From the IMG/VR virus record IMGVR_UViG_3300045988_115074, positions 173,303 through 237,302 of that record: a DNA stretch of 64,000 nt, one strand, 5' to 3'. The notes below the pieces were generated by a model, which saw nothing but the letters and a program-made list of their open reading frames with translations, did no database searches and was not told the origin of the DNA. Shown here in pieces: positions 11,318-20,854 of this stretch. The stretch comes from a virus. The first letter of the stretch is position 1, and the number at the start of each line of letters is the position of its first letter. The translations under genes were made by a program, and so were the position numbers.

Positions 11318-12922
11318 AAATGACCATAAAAAATAGCAATTTATGGACATTTAGTACTAACCACCTATTTATGAATTATGTTCAAGTTTTTGAATAACTT
11401 TATAGATAGGTAATTAAAATGTTAAGAAGACACAATGATAAAACCGATGATATCTTTCTGGAAACAGATAAAGACTATTACACAGTAAATATTCAAGGTG
11501 ATATTTTCCATGTAGAAAAATCAGTACCACCATCTGTTAAGCAAGTATTGCCTTTTGAAAAAGAAGGTGAATTCTTTGTAAATATTGAAGGCAAAGAAGT
11601 AAGAATTGCTAATATTGTTAATTTTGTATTTAAGAATACTAATCCTGATTTCTTTTGGGAAATAATGGATTGGGATATAATCTACGTTGATGGTAATAAA
11701 GGTAATCTATATCCATTTAATCTTAGTTGGAATAATACCAATATTAAAGACGATGAAGATGGATTTAGATTAATTCCTGGATTTACTAGATATAAAATTA
11801 ATAGAGAAGGTGTGATTAAAAAAATAAGCAATGGTAGGATAATATCTGACACTCTAGATAAATCATTACGTGTAAAAGCACCTTATGTAAAAAACACCAT
11901 ATGTAGGGATTATGATTTAGTATATAGAAAATGTGGTAAACATAGACTACTAGCATACGCTTATTTACCAATGCCTAATAACTTTTTTGAATTAGATGTT
12001 AGTCACTTAGATTGTAATCCACAGAACAATGACTTATCTAACCTGAGATGGCAAAGTCGTAGAGAAAATAACCTACAGACTGCCAAACAATATCTAATTA
12101 TGGTGCAACAACCCATGTTGGTTTATAACTGCGATACTAAGGAAATTAAAGAATACTTTAGTATTGGAGAGATGCAAAGGCAATTAGGTATCGGTAAAGG
12201 TGTGGGTGAGATGAGATTATTATCTAGAGGCACTGTTAGATATCCAGATGGTTATGCTTATATGTTAAAAAGTGATTTTAATGGTGAATGGCCTGAAGTT
12301 AAATACAATAACAGAAGACCTATTATTAGTTATCCTATTAAAGTTACTATTAAAAAGACTGGTGAAGTAATAACATACAATGGTCTTAATAATTTAGCAA
12401 AAGCACTTGGTACTGGTATAGATAGGTGGCAGCATCGATTGCGTAGACCACCGTTTAAGTGGGAAGATGAGTCTATCATTGTAGAAAAAGATATCGCTAA
12501 TGGTAAACATATCTGTAATTAACATTTTAATACTGGTATAGTATTAAAATCGTTGTCCGCTTCTCTTAGAAATAAGAGAATAGCAAACCCCTCTAATTGA
12601 CGGGAAAACTGTAAAAAGGCTAATACACTAACTATAGGTAGTAATACACTATAGGGCTTAATCTAACCAATTAAGAGATAGTAAAAGAGATTAGTCAATA
12701 CAATAACCCGCAGCGAAGCGCCCTTAGTATTAAGGGTGAACGTTCAGAGACCAGTCGAAAGACGTAGGACTCAAGTGAGTCCCAAATGGGGGGCAGATAC
12801 AGTGGATTTGTAATAAAATACAAATCCTCTATGTATCCTCCTTAGTAGCTTTATAGTTACTTTGGAGTCTTAGCAAGTAATGTTGAAGATGATGATATGG
12901 TCCACTTTCTAGTCCCCGAAAA
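11318..12922 (+). mobile_element. group I intron carrying an HNH homing endonuclease gene, inserted in the beta' DxDGD motif
   Basis: Splits the catalytic motif; 3' part has the group I R-like element GTTCAGAGACCAGTCGAAAGACG and blocks shared with the nrdA intron; 5' junction GAT|AAATG is identical to the beta intron at 17708/17709. The 3' junction is not resolved (no terminal G at the frame-restoring site). Confidence 0.65.
11419..12522 (+). CDS. intron-encoded HNH homing endonuclease
   Basis: ORF track; HLDCNPQNNDLSNLRWQSRRENN is an HNH_3-type H-N-N motif; IPGFTRYKINREGVIKKISNGRII is a NUMOD4-like N-terminal motif; lies wholly inside the interruption of the beta' gene. Confidence 0.8.
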   Translation: MLRRHNDKTDDIFLETDKDYYTVNIQGDIFHVEKSVPPSVKQVLPFEKEGEFFVNIEGKEVRIANIVNFVFKNTNPDFFWEIMDWDIIYVDGNKGNLYPFNLSWNNTNIKDDEDGFRLIPGFTRYKINREGVIKKISNGRIISDTLDKSLRVKAPYVKNTICRDYDLVYRKCGKHRLLAYAYLPMPNNFFELDVSHLDCNPQNNDLSNLRWQSRRENNLQTAKQYLIMVQQPMLVYNCDTKEIKEYFSIGEMQRQLGIGKGVGEMRLLSRGTVRYPDGYAYMLKSDFNGEWPEVKYNNRRPIISYPIKVTIKKTGEVITYNGLNNLAKALGTGIDRWQHRLRRPPFKWEDESIIVEKDIANGKHICN

Positions 12923-13108
12923 AACGATGGGGATATGTGTAACCTTATTTGTTCATTTACTGAGGAATCTAAAAATGAGATTAAACAGTATAAAAAAGAG
13001 AAAAAAGCTTACCTTGATAGCGACGGCAGGATTCGTTATCCCTTGGGCTTTGACACGATTAACTTTGTTTGCCATAATCTTGGTACTTTTGAGGAAAGTG
13101 TGAAATGA
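12923..13108 (+). CDS. RNA polymerase beta'-like N fragment, exon 2
   Basis: Own translation: NDGDMCNLICSFTEESKNEIKQYKKEKKAYLDSDGRIRYPLGFDTINFVCHNLGTFEESVK*. It aligns residue for residue with E. coli [47 protein letters not shown]. The stop overlaps the next ATG (ATGA). Not in ORF track (no ATG). Confidence 0.7.
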   Translation, partial: NDGDMCNLICSFTEESKNEIKQYKKEKKAYLDSDGRIRYPLGFDTINFVCHNLGTFEESVK

Positions 13109-16100
13109 GAATAAACTACAATAACTTTTATCTTAAATTCGGTAATCGAACTGTAGATAAATTACAAGCTCCTAGGATTTTTAATTTATCTAAATTTATT
13201 TTACCGAAACAAAATGCTTTTCATTACTTTGGTAGTACCAGTGATGATGTAGGGCCGAGTAAAACTAACCCTATGTTTGCGGAAACTGTACAGCGTATTC
13301 CTATTTATTTTTACCAAGACTTAATTACGCGTTTAGGTAACATGAATGTACGTGCGTTTATGCCTTTGGAAGTTATTCGTAAATATATTAAACAAAACCA
13401 TAAGTTTATCCCTTGTTACGATTTAAGTAAAGTAAAACCTAATCCTTTAGTACCTGTTATTTTAAACTACGCTATCTGCGATAAAAGATATAAATACTTA
13501 GGTAATGAAATTCGTATTCCTTATTATAAGAATACGAATATTATTAATACCTTTATTAAAGGGATGAAAGACATTTACGATGCCCATGGTGATTATTATA
13601 ATCAGTTTATTTTCTTAAATGTACCTGATTTAAAAGACTTACCAAAAGTATCTGAGATGAAGATGGCTGCGAATGTTACTACTAACGCATTCTTCACTCG
13701 TTTTAATACATTTGAAAAACTCATTATTTTCGAATTGTGGAAATGGTTGGGTTTAAATCGTAATAAGTCTATCTTTAAAAACATTCCTTTAAAAATTCTA
13801 GATAAGATTAACTTTGTTTTTATTAGTAATAATGTCTTTACTTATTATTCTTTAGGTCAATTAGACAGATGGCGTAAATCTGATGAAAATAAATCAGGTA
13901 AACTAGATCCGACTAATATGTCTAAAAACTTTGTTAAAATGCTTATTCAATTAAACAAAGCTTCTATAGATTCTAGTTTGATTGAATTAACTGAAGAAGA
14001 AGTAGTAGAACAAGAAGCTAAAGAGACTGAAGACTTTAAAGGTTCTGATGACGAATCTAATAAAGATAAACAAAGTAAATCATTTACAGATACTAAGGTA
14101 AATGAAAAACCAGTAGATGTAGACGATGTAGATGATACAACTGATGGTACTGATGAATCTGATGTAGAAGAGAATGAAGAAGATAATCTGGATATTAGTG
14201 AAAACATTATCACAGATGATTCTGCTGACTTGACTGTTCAAAAAGATTTAGATATCATTGGCGATATTATCGACGACGAGGATGATACTGACTATTCAGA
14301 ATCTCTTGAATCTAAAGAACAAGAGAAGAAAAGTAATATTAATATTAGCCGAGTAGTCTCTATACCTACTGAGCAAGAAGAGGAATTTAACGATAAGATT
14401 GATACTAATTTAGATGTGTCTGATATCTTAAATGTATCTAAATTACCTATTGAAGAAATTCCTGTCTTAGTAACTAAACCTAAAGAGACAAAAACAGCTG
14501 AAGAGAAAGCCAAAGCTGCTTTAGATTATATTGCCAAAAACCAAAACATGACAGTATCTAAATACGATGGTATTCGTAAATCTATTGGTAAGTATCGTAA
14601 TTTGAAATTAACCAATGACAGTAAAATGACCGTCGGTGAAATGGTTAATACTAAACCTGAAGAATTAGAAATTTCAAATGAAGATAAAGAAGTTTCTACT
14701 TTAAATGTAATGGGTAAGCGCTACATTGAGAAACACTTGGAACGAGATGTAGCAGCAATGATGGTAGGTATTCAAGGTGGTGGTGCGATTGTACACGATA
14801 TACGTAAGCAAACTCATGAAAACATCATGGGTGGTTACGATGTATACTCCATGAAGATTAAACCCATCGAAGGTGAGCAATCTACCATTCGTGTTAAACT
14901 ACCTAGAGTAAACAGCGATGGTAAGTTTAAGGTCAGCGGAGTCGATTACGTACTTAGAAATCAAAGACGAGATCTTCCCATTCGTAAAATTAACGATAGT
15001 ACTGTGGCATTGACTTCTTACTTTGGTAAAACATTTGCTAAACGTGATACTACTCGTCAGTTTAATTACGAGAAATGGTTAATTGGACAAATACGCGCTA
15101 TAGCATTTAATCCAGAATTAGATTCAGTAAAAGAAACACGCAGTGGTGATGTATTTGATAATAATGTAAAAGCTCCAGATATTTACTCTTTATTATCCAT
15201 GCACTTTAGGGCAGTAACCACAAAAGACGCTTTTATCTATTTTGATTATCACAAAGCCAATGAACGTTTTGGTAATGACTTAGTTAGAAGTGTAGAATCT
15301 AAAGGATTATTCTTTGCTGGTAGTTATAAAGGTAAATTTGGCTTAGGTGTTAATGAAGACGGTATTTTCTATTCTGTTATTGGTAATGAAGTAACGGAAC
15401 TAGGTGATATCGAATCCATGTGTGGTATTGATTCATCTAAAGCACCTGTAGAATCAGTAACTATTGATATCATGGGTAAGCCTTTGCCAATTGGTTTAGT
15501 ATTGGGTTATAAACTTGGTCTAACTAAACTGATTGCTGCTTTAAAACCAAAATACTATAAAACAGTCAAAACAGGTACACGTGTTAAATTAGAAAGTCAT
15601 GAATACATGATTAAGTTTTCTGATTTCTCTTTAGTATTATCTCGTAAAGACAGAATGGCTTCATTAATCTTATCTGGTTTAAGTAAGTGTGATACCAGTG
15701 ATACTGCAATAACCCTATTAGATAGAAAAGAAATCTATTTTAATCTATTAGAGTCTATTAAAATTCCAGGACGATATGTTAAAGAAATTGATTTATACAA
15801 CAACATGTTTGTAGACCCGATTACTGAACGTATCTTGATTGAAATGAATGAGCCTACTGATTTTACTGGTTTATTAATTCGTTCTGTTGAATTGTTATTA
15901 ACTCGCTATCATGCTGATGAAGTAGACATGACTGGTCAACGTATTGCCGGTTATGAAAGAATGGCTGGTGAAGTATATAAAGCTATTGTTAATTCATTGC
16001 GTGAGCATAATCGTCATGGTATTAAAGCAAACTATCCAATTGAACTTAACCCTGAAGCAGTATGGATGTCTATCTTAAAAGATACATCTAAACAGACTGT

Positions 16101-16413
16101 AGAGAACTTAAATCCAATTCAAGATTTAAAACAACAAGAAGTAACGACATTTAGTGGTAATGGTGGTCGTGGTAAGAAAAGTATGGTTAAACGTACACGT
16201 ATTCACCACAAGACTTCTATAGGTGTTATTTCAGAAGCTACTGTCGATAGTAGTGATGCTGGTGTAACCACTTATATGTCTGCTAATCCTAAGTTTAAAT
16301 CATTATACGGTTTACCTGAAAATTCTGGTACCGAAGAAGTGAATAAGGATTTAAAACCTGAAAACGTATTCTCTACAGCAATGATGATGTATCCATGCTC
16401 TGATACAGACGAT
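13105..16413 (+). CDS. RNA polymerase beta-like subunit, exon 1
   Basis: ORF track; TFSGNGGRGKKSMVKRTRIHHKTSIGVISEATVDSSDAGV resembles beta [40 protein letters not shown]; ends ..YPCSDTDD (compare FLEHDD|ANRALMG). Confidence 0.85.
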
Positions 16414-16796
16414 TGATTAAATATAAAGATTGGGTCGTCTCTAAACCGTTTGAATTGCGGGGACCTCTCGCTAAGTACTTTGTACCAACCCAGGGTAGCG
16501 ATATACTTGGGGGCAGCTCTAATCAAGCTGATACGGTAAAAAGCAAAGTAATAGAGAAAATCCGCAGCCAAGATTCTGCTTTTGTATATAGTAGAATAAG
16601 GTTCAACGACTATCGAAAGCACGCTTGTTAGTAAATTAGGATTAACAAGTGGAAGTGAGTAGAGTAGGGGGTCTGCACAACGTAGACTCTCCCAAGCTGA
16701 CGGGCCGTAGGTCTAACCAACCTGCGGTATGATATAGTCTACTTAAGAAACGATTAAGCATGAAATACTTTCATATGCGTAATTCGTTCATATGTG
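16414..16796 (+). mobile_element. ORF-less group I intron in beta gene
   Basis: Follows exon U (GAT|); ends ..ATATGTG|; contains the R element GGTTCAACGACTATCGAAAG and the S element GATATAGTCTAC. Removing it restores DTDD-PKRSVFLGTQINHS (compare EHDDANRALMGANMQRQ) in frame. Confidence 0.8.
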
Positions 16797-17708
16797 CCCA
16801 AACGTAGCGTTTTTCTAGGGACTCAGATTAATCACAGCCTATCTACCTCTAATGGTCAGGTAATGCCTCTGCGTACTGGCTATGATGAAAAACTAGTAGA
16901 GCGTTGTAGTGATATGTACGCTTCTACTGCTGAACAAGATGGTGTCGTCACTGATGTTAATGATTTCGGTATTACTGTTACTTATAGAGACGGTAGTACG
17001 AAACAAGTAGAAATCGGTAGACGTTATGGTTCTAGTGGTGGTTTCAATACTGCTCACGATATTACTACTCATTTGAAGAAAGGTGATAAAGTTAAGAAAG
17101 GTGACGCGATAGCGTATAACTCTGACTTCTTTACATCTGACCCAATGAAGCCTGGTAAATTAGCAATGAAAACTGGTGTATTAGGTAAAGTGGCATTGAT
17201 TGAGCATCCATATACTTTTGAAGACTCTACCGCTATTACTCGTAAGTTTGGTGAAAATACCCGTGTAAAAACTGTAGTGAAAAAAGAAGTAGTAGTAAAC
17301 TTTGACCAAAGTATCCATAGACTGGCTAAACCTGGTACTGTAGTTAAGATTGATGACCCATTATGTTATATTGAAGATAGTATTACTCACGATGGTAGTC
17401 TATTTGATGAAAACAGTATTGACTTGTTAAGAAACTTAAGTAAGTCAGCTCCTAAAAGTAGCATTAATGGTGTTATTGATAAAGTAGAAGTATTCTATAA
17501 TGGTGATAAAGAAGATATGTCTGAATCACTAATGAAGATTGCTAATGCTTCTGATAATAAATTGGTTGCTCTACAAAAAGCTTTAGGTAAAAAACCATAT
17601 ACTGGTGAAGTAGATGACACCTATCGCGTAGATGGTAATCCATTACTTGTAGATACTGCTGTAATTGTATTTACTATCAGCAGTAACCAAGGTATTAGTG
17701 TCGGCGAT
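16797..17708 (+). CDS. RNA polymerase beta-like subunit, exon 2
   Basis: PKRSVFLGTQINHS..; VALIEHPYTFEDSTAITRKF resembles [32 protein letters not shown] resembles VSGTVIDVQVF; ends ..ISVGD. Length 912 nt keeps the frame. Confidence 0.85.
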
Positions 17709-18078
17709 AAATGTTAACTTTAATAAAGTGAGTTAACTTGTCCTTCTAGGTAGTAATACCTAGTCGAATGTCCTCTAATTGCTGGAAGTCCCTTAGAGTC
17801 TATTTAACCACAACGTAATTAGAAATAATAAGCGTGAGGGTTTGAGAATAAATAGAATTGGGTAATCAGCAGCTAAGCAGCTAAGTGTTTATTGTTTAAT
17901 TAACATAAGCTGAAAGTTCAACGACTAACCGCTTGCCACGGTGTACATTCAAGTGAATGAAAACGGGGACTTCCCTATAACTGGTAGTTATTGTTATAGG
18001 GAAAAGATATAGTCTTGTCTTACATGAAAGTGTAAGCAGTGTGTAATACACACGGGTAAGAGCTAACGACTCTTATTG
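17709..18078 (+). mobile_element. ORF-less group I intron in beta gene
   Basis: GAT|AAATG 5' junction; ends ..CTTATTG|; R element AGTTCAACGACTAACCGC and S element AAGATATAGTCTTG. Splicing gives VGD-KMSKLVYGCQLKATV (compare [14 protein letters not shown]). Confidence 0.8.
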
Positions 18079-18318
18079 AAAATGTCGAAACTGGTCTATG
18101 GATGCCAGCTCAAGGCCACTGTGGGCTATGTGTATGATGATCCGCCACGTCTTGCTAATAAGGATGGTTCTATGGGTATGGAACTTGATGCTATCTTTGG
18201 TAGCAACAGCGTTTATAATAGGATCGTCAATAGTCCTTTCCTAATGGGTATGACAAATATGTTGTTAGTAGAGATGAGTAAAAAGGTAGCGGATACCTAC
18301 TTTAATAGTAAAAATTAG
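18079..18318 (+). CDS. RNA polymerase beta-like subunit, exon 3 (polypeptide ends here)
   Basis: KMSKLVYGCQLKATVGYVYDDPPRLANKDGSMGMELDAIFGSNSVYNRIVNSPFLMGM aligns with [55 protein letters not shown]; followed by a hairpin. Confidence 0.75.
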   Translation, partial: KMSKLVYGCQLKATVGYVYDDPPRLANKDGSMGMELDAIFGSNSVYNRIVNSPFLMGMTNMLLVEMSKKVADTYFNSKN

Positions 18319-18336
18319 CTGTATTTGTGACTAGAG

Positions 18337-18362
18337 GGGCTACTTCCTTAGGGGAGTAGTCT
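18337..18362 (+). terminator. hairpin after beta gene
   Basis: CTACTTCC-loop-GGGAGTAG stem followed by a pyrimidine run. Confidence 0.45.
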
Positions 18363-18415
18363 CTCTTCTTATTAAACGTTTAATGAATTTATTTAATAAC
18401 CTCGAGGTATTTAAA

Positions 18416-18625
18416 ATGAATAAAGAAATACTCGTCGATTCAGAAAACGCATTGGTGTTAGCCAGTGCTGCTTTTCTAGTGAGTCGTTTATCACTGCATG
18501 TAATTAATAATGTCATCGGTACTCTTCCTGAGAAAGATGGCGATGTTTTGACAACAGACGTCGTTGAAGAATTGGCATTAGCCGACTTACAACGTCGTAT
18601 TATTTCTAAAGGAGATTCTAAATGA
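18416..18625 (+). CDS. hypothetical small protein
   Basis: ORF track frame 18383..18625; the ATG at 18416 is preferred because GAGGT lies 8 nt upstream. Confidence 0.55.
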   Translation: MNKEILVDSENALVLASAAFLVSRLSLHVINNVIGTLPEKDGDVLTTDVVEELALADLQRRIISKGDSK

Positions 18626-20091
18626 TTAGCACTCGTTTATTGGCTCTCTCTTCACAAACTGCTAAAGCCTCTTTACTCCCACGTCAAAAACTAAAATGTC
18701 AAGCAAACAGTCCTTTGGAATACGTCTTTAAAAACTGTATGCCTGAAGAAGAAATTATTACTTCTACTGAAAGTGTTAACCAAAGTCTGAGTTTGATTTC
18801 TGACAAAGCAAATACTCCATTTGCTCTAAGTGGTAATTTTGCTTTAGGTGTTGCTCTGGATGAGATGGATAAAACTTATGTTAAACCTCTTATTAATCAA
18901 GTAAACTTTGTTCGTAATGTAGTTAATCCGATTGTTGAAGAATTACACAACCGAGTAGAGGCTACTTTAAAAGAAAAAGAACAACGTGGTGCGGTAATTA
19001 ATATTAAGAAATTAGACATTCCTGATTTCTTATACGGTCCTTTAGGTCAATATATTAATACTTTTGCCATTGTAGAACGTGTACAAAAAGGCCCTAGCTT
19101 TAAACCTACTTTCCCAGATAACTTAAACCGTGACCAATTAATTGAAATGTGTCGCACCAGCAATGATGATGTTAATGCTGGTATTATGGAATTAGCTACT
19201 ATTTGGAATAATTCATTTGAAGGTGATTTATTCGATACTGCTTATAATGAATTGATTCTCGGTACTAATGAGAAAGTCGGTGGTTTGGTTCAGTCTTATC
19301 GCAATATGTTATTGTCTGTTATTGGTTTCTTAATTGTAGACAAGATTGCGAAAGAACCTACTAAAGGTTTGAATTTGGATAATGTTAACCTGACTGTATG
19401 GTGTAACTTCTTCCGTTCTGCATGTGCTCGTGTTATTCAATCTAATGTAAACCAAATTGCTAATGCTATTTCTGGTAAAATCCTTATCCAAGGTATTAAT
19501 CCAGATACTACTAAAAAAGAAATCACTGTATATGGTAAAGTATACGATGAATGGGAAAACCCAGATAAAATTGAAGTAATGGTAGGTATTCTAAACACTG
19601 CTAATAATACTTATTATCGTTCTATTGCTAGTATTGTTGAAAACTTAGATAAACTAAAAGACCGTGGCTCTGTTGTTTTATCAAGTGAAGTACGTGTAGA
19701 GAAAAGTCGTAAAATTTCTCGTTTGTTAGATGCAATCCAAGGTAATATTATTAACTTGGTTCAAGAAACCATTGACAGCGAAGAGACTTCTGATTTACGT
19801 AGTTTCATTCCGGACAATAAAATGTCTGTAGAATACCGTGGTGAAATCAATAAGTTTATTAATGCACACTATCCAGGCTCACGTCTATTGGAAACTCCAT
19901 TGCGAATGGTTATTGCTCAACTTATTTGCAAACTATTCTTCCATGAGACTATGGCCGGTGTCATCATTCAACGTATCAACCAATTAGAAATTAAAAACCC
20001 TAATGCTACTCCAGCTTCATTGATTTCTAACACCATGATTGATTTACTGATTGAATGGGTAGCTGGTCAAATTGAACTGGTAGACTATTAA
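18622..20091 (+). CDS. hypothetical protein (489 aa)
   Basis: ORF track; start overlaps the previous stop (ATGA); no motif recognised. Confidence 0.7.
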   Translation: MISTRLLALSSQTAKASLLPRQKLKCQANSPLEYVFKNCMPEEEIITSTESVNQSLSLISDKANTPFALSGNFALGVALDEMDKTYVKPLINQVNFVRNVVNPIVEELHNRVEATLKEKEQRGAVINIKKLDIPDFLYGPLGQYINTFAIVERVQKGPSFKPTFPDNLNRDQLIEMCRTSNDDVNAGIMELATIWNNSFEGDLFDTAYNELILGTNEKVGGLVQSYRNMLLSVIGFLIVDKIAKEPTKGLNLDNVNLTVWCNFFRSACARVIQSNVNQIANAISGKILIQGINPDTTKKEITVYGKVYDEWENPDKIEVMVGILNTANNTYYRSIASIVENLDKLKDRGSVVLSSEVRVEKSRKISRLLDAIQGNIINLVQETIDSEETSDLRSFIPDNKMSVEYRGEINKFINAHYPGSRLLETPLRMVIAQLICKLFFHETMAGVIIQRINQLEIKNPNATPASLISNTMIDLLIEWVAGQIELVDY

Positions 20092-20108
20092 TCTATAAGG
20101 ACCAACTG

Positions 20109-20834
20109 ATGAATAATCTGTCACAGCGTGATGCTGATAAAATCAAAGATATTTTAAAAGAAGTAGACAACCAAGTAATTACTACTAAAGGTTGTAAAAT
20201 CATTTTCCCTGTACGTTTTGAAACAGTTGGTCTGGCTACTGTTGGTGTAGATACTTCATTCTACGGTTTGTTTAAAATAGAGACTTTAGATGGTAACTAT
20301 TACGCAATCCACAACATGATGGGGTATCTACATTCAGACCCAGATTCTGTAGATATTGTTACACATGAGGAAACACAAGAACCGTATTATGTGTTAACTT
20401 ATCAACCTGGTTCTGTGGTTATTAAAACAACGGATATTTTGAAAGATAATAACATTATCGTAAAAGTATTTAAGGAATTTATTAGTAGGGGTAAGGTTCC
20501 TTATTACGTAACGTATATGGATATTAATAAGATATTCGATACGTGTAATGAGTTTGCAGGTGCTTCGTTATCTGATACCATGGAAGCACCTACTGTACCT
20601 ATCAGTATTATTGCAAGGAACCCAAATGACATTAACCAGTATTATCGGGAAATTATTAATGAAGTTGATGTGGTTAATACACCACCTGTGTATGTTCCAG
20701 CCTCATCTGTAAACTTTAGTGCTACTAGTGCATTAACTAAAATTACTGGTAGTTATTTCTACACTGGTGTCGTTTCCGCTATTAATAATCCTACTAACCA
20801 AACAGAAACTATTGATTACATCTTAAGATATTAA
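20109..20834 (+). CDS. hypothetical protein (241 aa)
   Basis: ORF track; AAGGA SD. Confidence 0.7.
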   Translation: MNNLSQRDADKIKDILKEVDNQVITTKGCKIIFPVRFETVGLATVGVDTSFYGLFKIETLDGNYYAIHNMMGYLHSDPDSVDIVTHEETQEPYYVLTYQPGSVVIKTTDILKDNNIIVKVFKEFISRGKVPYYVTYMDINKIFDTCNEFAGASLSDTMEAPTVPISIIARNPNDINQYYREIINEVDVVNTPPVYVPASSVNFSATSALTKITGSYFYTGVVSAINNPTNQTETIDYILRY

Positions 20835-20854
20835 AAAGAAATGGATATTTAATT

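Noticed and set aside
12897-13103. ORF beginning (E)DDDMVHFLVPEKT, which superficially resembles the beta' DFDGDxMxxHxP motif
   Set aside because: After 13 residues the frame turns into hydrophobic junk. The neighbouring frame (NDGDMCNLICSFTEES...) aligns with E. coli beta' over its whole length and ends in an ATGA overlap with the beta gene.
16272-16631. ORFs 16272..16622(-) and 16413..16631(+)
   Set aside because: They lie inside, or antisense to, the beta exon 1/intron junction. No SD, no motif, and group I core sequence occupies the region.
18622-20091. The possibility that the 489-aa protein is the missing beta C-terminal module (GIMELATIW..AYNELIL vs [21 protein letters not shown])
   Set aside because: This is only a short chance-level resemblance. 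The obligatory upstream DDK-H-R and GGQRFG blocks are absent and the order of motifs does not fit.
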